DNA from: Myxococcota bacterium | Lineage (GTDB): Bacteria > Myxococcota_A > SURF-8 > G963663525 | Assembly (NCBI GenBank): GCA_963676915.2 | Contig: CAXXVK010000062.1 | Location: forward strand, 1-64,000 | Reading direction: 5' to 3' | DNA: 64,000 nucleotides | In this document: positions 19,068 to 30,500 of the stretch, one piece after another | How positions within the stretch are numbered: position 1 is the first letter of the stretch | Layout: the number at the start of each line of letters is the position of its first letter | Notes under the pieces: generated by a model | Told to the model about the DNA's origin: nothing | What the model saw: the letters and a program-made list of their open reading frames with translations, nothing else | The model's database searches: none | Translations under genes and position numbers: made by a program

Positions 19068-21409
19068 AAACTCGTAAAGTATGTTGGATATTGCTGTTTC
19101 TTGTTGTGGGATGGAACCTGGCGTTGGCAACACAGTGTTTTGCCAAGGAGAAAGTCATCCGCTTTGCAATCATTGCCGCTAGCAATCGGGCACCGCAGAA
19201 AAACATGGAAAAACTCCAGTTTGCGGATGATGACGCAGCGAAAAACTACGAGTTTTTCTCGAAAATTACCGATAAAGCGTATCTTTACACGGTGTTCGAC
19301 GCTACGACACAGAAGATGTTTCCCGACCTGACGAAAAAAACCAAGCCTGCGACGCTTAACCGTCTGGCCTATACGGCTTCGCAAATTGGCAAGAAAATCA
19401 GAAAGTACAAAAAACGAGGCTATACCTCTGAATTTTATCTCGTCTATTCCGGCCATGGAACGCTGCTTCCGGGTAAGGAAGGGGCGGTGACACTAGACCG
19501 TGGCGTATTGACTCGCAGCGATCTGTTCAAAAAAGTGCTCAAAAGGGTGGGAGCCGATTACTCGCACGTTATCGTGGATGCCTGCAATGCGTATTATCTG
19601 GTTCACAGCAAGGGAGAATGGAAAGAAGATCGGGGCGAGAAGCTTGAAAAACCGGTAGAGGAATTCTTCTCGGACGAGGATCTTGAAAACTATCCCGGAC
19701 TGGGTGTCGTGCTTTCGACTTCCAGTGAAGCGGAAACCCACGAGTGGGGCGAATGGTCTTCCGGGATTTTCTCGCATGAAGTTCGTAGCGCTCTGACCGG
19801 TGCTGCGGATATCAACGAGGATCAGATGGTTACGTACTCGGAATTGCTCGCCTTTGTCGATGCTGCCAATTTGAAGGTGAAAGATCCAAAGGCTCGACTC
19901 AACATCTTCGCACGTCCGCCGGCACGAGATCTCAGCCGACCGCTGAGCGTGATCAGTACCTCAAAAAAACTCACTTACCTGTACCTTCCCAAAGATCTCT
20001 CCGGGCGCTTTCATCTCGATGATGACCGAGGAGTCCGTTACGCCGATTTCCATAAAAACAACGAGCAGCAACTCACCGTCGGTCTTGTCCCCCGGAAAAC
20101 GTATTGGCTTCGCGACAAGCGAAACGAATATATCATCACCGCTTCGAAGGGGGATGAAGTCAACGCCAGCCATTTAGAATCCAAAGGACTGTCCATGAAA
20201 AGCAAGGGCGTCGTGGCTGACAATTTCAAGCAATTCCTGTTTTTACAACCGTACGGTCAGTCGTTTTACGAAGGATACATCGCGAAAACGTCGCTTCCTT
20301 CCGTCATTGAAACGAAGGAAGAAGAACCCAAAGTTGCAAGCCTTCCAAAAACCATTCTCAAACCGATTCGTCCCAGTATGGACACCGCTGTTGTGTTCAA
20401 AATCAAACCGGAGCGGGAAGATACCGAGTTGGCGGCGATTTTGTCGGATTTGATCACGGATCAGATTGGGAAACTAAGGGTTGTTAAAAAATTATACAGT
20501 CATAAAGATATCGGCAAGATGCTTGAACTCGCCGAAGAGAAGCAAGCTGTCGATTGCGAATCGGAAATCTGCTATGTGGAAATCAGCAATGCGTTGGGTG
20601 CACAGAAGGTTGTTTCCGGTTCGATTGCCCGACTTGGTAAAACCCGCATCCTCACCTTGTCGCTGGCTGACAACCATTCGGGGCAGGTCGAAGCCCGTGC
20701 CCAGGTGACGATCACCGGTACCGACGAGGAATTGATTCCCGCCACGAGTCTTGTGGTTCAGGAATTGTTCTCGGCCTACGATGTCGGATATCTCGACATG
20801 ACGATGGCTCCTCCACATTCCGTTCTCGAAATAGACGGCATCGAAGATCCGATGGCGGTAGCCAATAGTCCTGTAGCCTTGTATGCCGGTACCTACGAAT
20901 TGAAGTTATTGAAAAACGACGAAATCATTGCCTCGGATACCGTGACGGTCGCTAAAGGGTTGTCGATTCCCTGGCCACTGGAGTTGCTTGATTCCGAGCC
21001 GAATCTGGTTCCCGATCCGGAAGAATCTATCTTCGATGATCCGGAAGTTGCCCAGATTGCTGCGCAAGATACGGGAGCGGGATCGTCCATTTATCGTAAA
21101 GCGGCTTGGGGAACCCTGGCTGGAAGTTTGGCTGTTCTGGCCGGTGGTGGCGCACTTACTTATCTCGCATTGAAAGACCGGAGCGATTGGCAAAGCGACA
21201 CAAGCGTTTCCGACAGCGTCAAGGATCGTTCGAAGCAGGAGTTCTGGGCTGCACAGGGATTGTATGGACTGGGAGGAGCGTTGCTGACGACTTCGATCAT
21301 TCTGTTCGCTGTGGACCCTGGACCGGGTGCGGCGGATGGTCCTGCGTTGACTGTGACACCGATGGCCGGACCGAAATCGGCGGCGATTTCCGTTTCGACA
21401 TCCTGGTAA
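19064..21409 (+). CDS. Exported caspase-like (peptidase C14) protease with TolB-N/CsgG-like, PEGA-like and C-terminal hydrophobic domains
   Basis: Signal peptide; LQFADDDA, catalytic YSGHG and DACN, SGIFSHEVRSALTGAADIN.D..VTYSEL; ATGA overlap with the upstream gene. Confidence 0.85.
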   Translation: MKTRKVCWILLFLVVGWNLALATQCFAKEKVIRFAIIAASNRAPQKNMEKLQFADDDAAKNYEFFSKITDKAYLYTVFDATTQKMFPDLTKKTKPATLNRLAYTASQIGKKIRKYKKRGYTSEFYLVYSGHGTLLPGKEGAVTLDRGVLTRSDLFKKVLKRVGADYSHVIVDACNAYYLVHSKGEWKEDRGEKLEKPVEEFFSDEDLENYPGLGVVLSTSSEAETHEWGEWSSGIFSHEVRSALTGAADINEDQMVTYSELLAFVDAANLKVKDPKARLNIFARPPARDLSRPLSVISTSKKLTYLYLPKDLSGRFHLDDDRGVRYADFHKNNEQQLTVGLVPRKTYWLRDKRNEYIITASKGDEVNASHLESKGLSMKSKGVVADNFKQFLFLQPYGQSFYEGYIAKTSLPSVIETKEEEPKVASLPKTILKPIRPSMDTAVVFKIKPEREDTELAAILSDLITDQIGKLRVVKKLYSHKDIGKMLELAEEKQAVDCESEICYVEISNALGAQKVVSGSIARLGKTRILTLSLADNHSGQVEARAQVTITGTDEELIPATSLVVQELFSAYDVGYLDMTMAPPHSVLEIDGIEDPMAVANSPVALYAGTYELKLLKNDEIIASDTVTVAKGLSIPWPLELLDSEPNLVPDPEESIFDDPEVAQIAAQDTGAGSSIYRKAAWGTLAGSLAVLAGGGALTYLALKDRSDWQSDTSVSDSVKDRSKQEFWAAQGLYGLGGALLTTSIILFAVDPGPGAADGPALTVTPMAGPKSAAISVSTSW

Positions 21410-21421
21410 ATGCGGAAAACA

Positions 21422-21450
21422 ACAACCCAGCGTTGAAAAAACTCCGTATA
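21422..21450 (+). promoter_or_regulatory. Putative ECF sigma promoter for the giant lipoprotein gene
   Basis: ACAACCCA-N15-CGTATA, 62 nt upstream of ATG 21513, matching 17410-17438. Confidence 0.7.
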
Positions 21451-21512
21451 CGAGATTGACAAAAGACAGTTATCGAATTTTCAAGTGAGTTGTTTCTTAC
21501 GGGAAGAAACCG

Positions 21513-24500
21513 ATGGAATTCCGAAAATCTATCGATTCTTGGCATTTAGTGGCGATTTTAGTGGTTTTATGGCTGGCTGGCGGCTGTACTCTGAGCTACG
21601 AACGCAACGAGGGAGAGACCGGTTGCCAGAATGGTGCAAAAACATGCCAGGGCAATCTGAAGATGGTGTGCGTCAATGGTGGCTGGACGCTTTCGAAGGA
21701 TTGCACCGACGATGGGCAAGTCTGCCAGGAAGGGAATTGTGTAGATCCTTCCGAGGGAGACGAAGACCTGGATACGGATGCAACCGATACCACCGATGGG
21801 GACGGTGATCTCGATTTCGTGGATTTGGATGATACGGTTTCGGAAGAGGATGTTGTTGAGACAGACCCGGACCTGGAAGAGGAAGTCGTTGCTAATCCTT
21901 CCGTTATGGCGTTGACGCCTTCCGTTGCATTCGGTTCACAACAGGCTTCGACTACCTGGATAGAAAAAACGATCATTCTTTTCAATAATGGCAACCAGTC
22001 TGTATACGTGAATCAGCCGGTCTTTACCGAAACCGGTTATTTCACCGTACAATTCGATTTCACGGTGAAACAACAGCTCGAACCAACCGACACGCTGATG
22101 GTTACCGCTCGCTGGAAACCCTCGGTCGATCTCGATACAACCGTTCAGTTCGTCTGGTATCCCGTGGGGGATGTAAATACACAGCAAATCGACATTTCGG
22201 CGAAAGGAACCGTGACGCAGCCCGGAGAAAGTTTTACGGGTGTTGTGTACAGCGTCGATGAAGAAGACGGCAGTCGTCAGGAAAAACTGCTTTCCGGCGT
22301 AACGATCCAGATTCAGGGCGTTGAAGAATTGGCGACCACCGATACCAGTGGTGTGTTTTCGTTCTCCGACCTGAACAGTGGATTGGGACAGCGCTGGGTG
22401 ATGGTCAACGGTTTCGGTGCCAGTGGCGGTCCGTATTCCAGCCGCTACGAATTGATCGATTTCGCAACGACGCCTTCCCGTTTGATCGCATTGAGCACTA
22501 TCGGTTCGGGTGGGAATCCCGCCGACGCTGGAGACGGCAATCACCCGGTTGAAGAGCTGGATGGGGCCAACGTCGAAGTCGATCCCGATGGGGTCGCTTC
22601 GGAAGAACGGCGTAAAGACAGTTCGTTGTTGCTTCGTTTCGGGAAAATGAATCTCGAAAGTCTGCCTTTAAGTTTCGATGGGACTCAAGGGATACCTTTC
22701 GACCTTATGTATGTTTATCCATACAACGTGACGTTTACACCTCCTGCGAAGTTGACGGTTCCGGGAACGACGTGGAATGTTGCGGAAAACTCCACGATTC
22801 GTGCCTATCGACTGGTGACCAACGATGTTACCTTCGAATCGTCCTGGACCGGTACGGGACCGATGGTTTACGACGAGTTGACGGAAAGCTGGGGATTCCC
22901 CGATGAAGGTGGATTGCCTGGTGGAGGCGTTTACGTTTTTGTTCTGGAGTCACTGGTAACCTACCACATCACTCTCGAAGTTACGGAAGATGGTACGAGA
23001 GCGCCGTGGGCTACCGCCTTGCGGATGTTCCCGACACCCTATACGATGCTCGGAGCGGCGTCGGGAGACGGTAAATTTTACCACGACGTTGAGGCTGCTG
23101 CCGGTGTGCCGCTTGTCATGGGAGCCTACAAAGACAACCTGTTGGATGGAACATTCGTTTCGGATCAGGTCATCCTTGGCGATGAAACGGATGTAACGTT
23201 TACCGTATTGAAATTGGGAGGCGAAGCGGTAGGCTCCGTAGGTGGTGTCGTTCATTCCTCTTCAAGTGAAGTCTGCGTCGGATGTGCGGTGGACGTGGTG
23301 TCCGGCAATCGCCGGAACCGCGTGTTGACCGACGAAGTCGGGCGATTCGTCGTCGAGGATGTTCCGGTAGGTGAAGTTACCGTGACGGCGTTCAGCCTCG
23401 ACGGTCTGCGCTCCGTTTCCGATTCTCAGGAACTGGCAGATGGCGATTTTGGCGCTGTTCGACCTGTTGTTGCCCACCGGAGACACCATACCGCCGAGAA
23501 TCGTCGGTTCTCTCCCGTCGAACGGTCAAAAACAGGGTTTCTCCCGGTGTGGTGTTGCGCGTGCGTTTCAGCGAACCCATGAATCCGGCGATGTTCTCGT
23601 CTACGAATGTTGCGCTTTTTCCGACGTGGCGATGACAGCAACCTCCTTGCTGTAACGGGTACTATTTCCCACGAAGACAACCAGCAGACGCTATTGTTCA
23701 CACTCCCGATACTCCCTTGAAACTTGGATACGATTTCACTTTGGAACTTGGAACGGGACTGACCGATGCCAACGGTGTTGCACTAGCGGAGGCCGTGTCG
23801 ATTCTTTTCCGTACCCAGGCGCCGGACTGCTCGGAAAGTTCAACGACTTGCAATGTAGGATACTGGGACTTTTCCACGCACAATTGCAAAACCTTGGCCC
23901 AAAGTGACATTCCTTGCGACGATTTGGTTGCTTGCACCCAAAACGATACCTGCGACAACGGAACCTGCGTCGGTACACCCAACCATTCGCTATGTGATGA
24001 TTCATTGGACTGCACCGACAATCTCTGCGTGGCGGGAACCGGCTGCAACTTCCCGATTTTCGAGAAACAAATGCGTTATCGACGAGACCCTGTTTCGACG
24101 ATGGAGATGAAAAGCAGGGGAGTGAATGCCAGGCGTGCGATTCAAATTTCCCGAGAGTCTGGACGAACAAAACGGACGGAAATGCCTGTGGAGAACAGGA
24201 CCAGTGCGTTTCGGGTTCCTGTGTGGACTGTTTCGATGTCAGTGGGTGCGCGGATCTTGAAGACGATGGCCTTGAATGCACCGAACCGGCTTGTGGAGGT
24301 AATAACAGTTGCATGCACAACCCTCTGGCGCATCAGGGTGAAGTCTGTACGGACGACGACTTGTTCTGTACGAAAGATCTTTGCGGAACGGATGGCGAAT
24401 GTCATCATGAAGAACTCAATGCCGATACCTGCCTGATCGATGCTACTTGCTACAATGGAGGCGAAACTACCGATGCCGATGGTTGTCTGGTGTGTAGTCC

Positions 24501-27500
24501 CACGAATGCAACGACCACGGCTTCCTACAATAATGATGTGATCTGCCAGGAATCCGACGACGAAAACCCCTGCACCGACAATCTTTGCAAGCAGGGTGTA
24601 TGCGAGTTTATCGAGGACGATACCAACACCTGTGACGATGGCTTGGGCTGCACCACGACAAGTTGCGTTGAGGGAGATTGTCACGTCGATAGCATCGATA
24701 CCGGTTGCCTGATCGACGAAAGTTGTGTGGGAACAGGGACATTGGAAGGATTAAACGGCGATGCCGTATGTAACGAGTGTAACCCGGAGATTACGAATAT
24801 CGATTGGAGTCCCATCAGTGAATCCACTACTTGCAATGACGGCAACTCGTGCAGTTATGGAGATCAATGTGCTTACAGGCTCATGTGTAGGAACGGAGTA
24901 CACCTGTCCCGATCATAGCGATTGTGACGGAGAAGGTGGCTGCGATTGCCACATTGGGTACGATGGAGACCAGTGCGACCAGTGCGCTACAGATTTTACC
25001 GGTTATCCCAACTGCGTACCCATCCAAGAATATGTCGAGGTGGAGGTTTCGTTTGCCGGTCATGACTCGATGGATGTCGATTTGTACTGGATGTTGCCGA
25101 ACGATACCGAATGCTCGGAAAGCGACCTCCTTGGCGGTGTTTGCGATATTGGTGAAGCCAATGGCAGCGTTCATATGCAAACGAAACCCCCGATGCGTGA
25201 ATCCGGAACCACGGAATCGGTCATGCACATCGATCCGCCGACCGGGACAATTCATTGTCACGGTGAAATTCGACGAGAACTGCCCCGACAGTGCGGGAAA
25301 TGACCCGAATTGTCTCTGTGACTTCGACGGAAGAAACCGAATTCACCATTACATTCAAGGTCGATGGCGAGGTGTTGAAACAGTGGACCGATGTCCTGAT
25401 GCGCAACAAGGAGGATCAAGTCAAATGGCGGTGGGTGAGAGGTTCCGACGCATGGAACGAACCCGAACTGACAACTGACCTGTGCCCGGAAGGCGTTTGT
25501 AGCGGTCATGGTGACTGCGACGACCTGACGGGGGGCGTGCTCCTGTAATAACTATTTTGATGGAAGTTCCTGTGACGCCTGTAAACGATGACGCGCCGGG
25601 AGTGTATCCCAATTGCAGTGTCGATCTTTGTGATCCCGATCCTTGCAACGGTCATGGAGCCTGTGATTCGACAGATGGTTCCTGTACCTGCGACAACGAT
25701 TACATGAATGCGGATTGTTCTGCCTGCGTGGAAAATTACGTGGGTTACCCGGATTGTGTCTCAGACTCGGATGATGACGGCATTCCCGAAGGCGATGGTT
25801 CCAACCCTTGCACGGGAGGCGGCACGACCGCTTGTGACGACAACTGTCCTAACGATTCCAACTCCGATCAGGCCGATATGGACTCCGACGGCATCGGCGA
25901 CGTTTGCGACCGGCGGATCGTGATGGCGATGGTCTGGCGAACGAGGTTGAAACGAATACGGGAACCTTTACCAGCGCTACGGATACCGGCACCGACCCCG
26001 ACAACTCCGACTCGGATAGTGATAGTTACAACGATGGTTGGGAAGTGAATAACGGCTACAATCCGACGAACGGGGAAAGCAATCCCGTGGATGATCCCGA
26101 TCGAGACGACATCCCCAAAGGCGACGGTTCCAATCCCTGTACGGGTGGAATCACGACCAGTTGCGACGATAACTGTCCCGCTGTTTCCAACTCCAACCAG
26201 GCCGATATGGACTCCGACGGCATCGGTGATGTTTGCTCGATCCCCGACCGTGACGGCGATGGTCTGGCGAACAGTGTAGAAACCGATACGGGTGTTTTTG
26301 TCAATGCTTCGAATACCGGCACCGACCCCGATGACGCAGACTCGGATGATGATGGATACAATGACGGTTGGGAAGTGGACAACGGCTATGATCCCAACAA
26401 CCAGGAAAGCAATCCCGGAGAATGACCCGGACCAGGATTCCATTTCTTCCGGCGACGGAAACAACCCTTGCACGGGAGGTGCAACCACCAATTGTGACGA
26501 CAACTGTCCCGCTGTTTCCAACTCCAACCAGGCAGACATGGACTCCGACGGTATCGGCGACGTTTGCGATCCCGACCGTGACGGCGATGGTATTGCTGAA
26601 GGAGATGGTTCCAATCCTTGTACGGGTGGTGATACTACGGACTGTGACGACAACTGCCCTGCCGATTACAATTCCGATCAAGCAAACATTGATTCGGATA
26701 ATTTCGGCGACGTTTGTGACCCGGACCGCGACAACGATGGTATTGCTGAAGGAGACGGTTCCAATCCTTGCACAGGTGGCGTAATTGACGGTTGCGACGA
26801 CAACTGCCCGGATGTCGCCAACCCCGACCAAGCGGATGGCGAAGCCGATGGCGTCGGAAACGCCTGTGACCCGTATCCCTGTACATCCGGTATTTGTAAC
26901 ACTGGTTGGTGTGACGGAGATGCTTGCGGACGTCCGGCACGAAATTGCTCGGAGCTTCATAACCTAAATCTGATATTGGGTGATGGGGTCTATGTGATCG
27001 ATCCCGATGGTCCTGGCACAGTTACGGCTTTGCCCGCACAGTGCGACATGACCACGGATGGCGGCGGCTGGACTCTGGTGCTCAATTATTTGCATCAAGG
27101 CGGAACGAATCCAGATCTCTATGCTCGTAGCGTGGATATGCCTCAGTTGGGAAGCAATACTCTGGGCGACGATGAAGGTGGAACGTCATATTGGGGTCAT
27201 ACCGGAAACAGTTTGTTTGCCTTGTTCAATGCTACGGAGATTCGTTTCTACGGTGAGACTAGCGCACACGGGCGCGTGATCCACTTCAAAACGGATGATC
27301 CGGGCACGATCGAGTATTTTTCAACGGGGCTTGGCGATGCGTCGGGACTCGTCGGTGATTTCACTCCGCTCGACGGACATTCGGCCAACTTGCCTCAAGC
27401 CGCGACGCATTTTTGGTCCGACGGTGGCGATCTGGCCATGACCTCATACCCGTTTTACACTCATGGTACGTATCACTGGTCGATAAAGGGCGATGATAGA

Positions 27501-30500
27501 CGTTGGGAAGTGGATGACTCCCATGATAGTTCCGCCTACCACACCTTGCATCGCATCTGGATCAGAACGAACCCGGATCAAGACGAAGACGGCATTCTTA
27601 CAAATGACGACGATGGCGTGGAAGATCCCTGCACCGGCGGAAACACCACCGATTGCGACGACAACTGCCCGAACGACAGCAACCCCAACCAGGAAGATCT
27701 GGACTCGGACGGCATCGGCGATGCCTGCGACGATTGGACAAGTATTGAGGCCGGGACTTTCTGGATGGGTTCGCCGGATGGGGATTGCCCGGCGGGATAT
27801 CCGGGGGAATGCGTTTACGAACCAGGCAGGAATACCCATGCGAGTGAAGAGCTTCACGAGGTGACACTTACTTACGATTTCGAGATGCAGACACACGAGA
27901 CAACGCAATCCCAGTGGCAAGTCGCCTTTGGAAACAACCCCAGCTATTTTGGTCCCAATGGCGACGGCGCAGATTGCGGAGCTGATTGCCCTGTGGAAAA
28001 AATAAATTGGTACGAAGCAGCGGCGTATGCGAACTGGCTATCGGGAGAACATGGTCTGGAACCCTGTTATGTGTTGAGCAATTGTACGGGGGAAGCGGGT
28101 GTTAGCTGTGGGTCTTCAGACGGTTATTGCCTAACAAACACATACGTGTGCGATGTGTCCCTTGCCAGTGGACACTCCAAGCCTCAAGAATGCGAAGGAT
28201 ACCGATTGCCGACAGAAGCCGAATGGGAATATGCAATCCGCGCCGGCAATCAATACTCGCCATTTTATCAGAGCGAGGGAAACGACGGTTCGCTGACGGA
28301 GACGGATTGTACACCGGATGCCAATGCAACTCAGATCGGTTGGTATTGTGCGAATTCAGGTAACACGATGAATCCTGTCGGTGGAAAAGATGCGAACGCT
28401 TGGGGCCTTTATGACATGGCTGGAAATGCTTATGAATGGGTCTATGACTATCATCTGGCAGCGCCTGAAACGGATGTGAGCACCGATCCTATCGGAGCAT
28501 CGAGCAGCGCTTACCGTAGTTTCAGGGGAGGCAGTTTTTCCGATAACTCCACCTTACTGCGTTCCGGATTCCGGAACTTGCTTCTGCCGGCAAACTGTAA
28601 TCGTGACATTGGTTTCCGTCTTGTGCGTACCCTATTCCCTACTACCTGCGAAGCCAACACTTGTAACAGCAATGGAACCTGTGACGATACCAGCGGCTAT
28701 GCAATTTGTACTTGCAATGCAGGATTCACCGGGCAGGATTGCAGCGCGTGCGCCGAAGGATACGAGGGCTACCCGGATTGCCAGCTTGTCTACACGCCGG
28801 GGTTCGTCTCCATCGACGCCGGAACCTTCTGGATGGGCTCGCCGGATGGGGAGGATCCCTGTCCTTTAGATTCAGGCGACTGTACGGCTGAGACCGGGCG
28901 AAATACCGATGGACGGGAAACCCTGCACGAAGTCACCCTTACGTATGATTTCGAAGTCATGGATCATGAGATCACGCAAGGGGAGTGGTTCGCGGCCTTC
29001 AGTAACAATCCCAGCAATTTCGGCCCGAACGGAGACGGAAACGACTGCGGCGACGACTGCCCGGTGGAGCGGGTAAATTGGTATGAAGCTCTTGCCTACG
29101 CCAATCATCTCTCCACCGAAATGGGCCTGACGCCCTGCTACACTCTCACCGCTTGCACGGGTACCGTGGGAGCTGGATGCGCAACTGATGCGCTTTATTG
29201 CAACAGCGGAACGTACATCTGTAGCGTTGCTTTAAACGGAGTCAACCAACCTCAGGCCTGCGAAGGCTACCGTCTTCCCACCGATGCGGAATGGGAATAC
29301 GCCGCCCGTGCCGGTAGTCAGACGGCCTACCATACGGCAGAGGGGATGGATGGAACTATTCTCGCCATCACGGGTCAGGATACGAATCTGGATCAGATTG
29401 CATGGTATGATTATGATTCCGACAGCACTCCCCATCCAATTAAACAGTTGAAGGAAAATGGTTGGGGTTTATTTGATCTCAGTGGAAACTTGGTTGAGTG
29501 GGTTTGGGATCCCTTCTGCAGTGACATTACTGGATTGGGTACAGATCCCGATGGAAGTGTTTGCGGAGGATCTGAACGTGTCAAGCGGGGTGGATATTGG
29601 AGTGATAACGCAAGGTATTGCCGATCAGCCAATCGAAGAAGCGACCCACCGGCATACCGCCGACAAAGCATCGGTTTCCGGTTGGTTCGCACCCTGCACC
29701 CCGAAAGTTGCGTTTCCAGTACTTGCAACAGCAACGGAACCTGTGACGACACCGGCGGCTACGCCCTATGCACCTGCAATGCAGGCTTCGCCGGGCAGGA
29801 TTGCAGCACCTGTGCCGAAGGCTACGGCAGCTACCCGGATTGCCAACCTGTAGACCCCGATGTGGACGGTATCTTAACCGACGATGGTGACGGTGTGAAC
29901 GACCCCTGCACGGGTGGTGCAACGGAAAACTGCGACGACAACTGCCCGAACGACAGCAACTCTAACCAGGAGGATCTTGATTCCGACGGCATCGGAGATG
30001 TATGCGACCCAGACCGTGATGGCGATGGTCTGCTCAACGAGGTCGAGACGGAAACGGGCACGTATGTCGATGAAAACGACACCGGCAGCAGCCCGGATCT
30101 CGCCGATTCGGATAGCGATGGCTACGACGACTCACGAGAAGTGGCCGCAGGTTCCGATCCAAACAGCGATCAATCCACCCCGGATGATGACCACGACGGC
30201 GTATCCAACGCGGACGATACCTGTCCGGCGGTGTGGAATCCCGACCAGGTTGTTAGCGATAACTGCGGTTTTTGGGCGTCCGAAGTGCAATTCGATGGCG
30301 CTTACGCGGCACGACGCGAAGTGGTCTTGGGAGAAAACGGCGGTGATTCCACCTGGAGACGTACCAACGAGCCGGTGGAAATTCCACTGGCCAACGGCAT
30401 CCTGGATGACTCTGTGATCGGCTATTGGAAACTCGATGGCGGCGAAGCTCGGGACTACTCGGGGAACGGATTCCACGGCGAAGTGATCGGGGCGCAGTCC

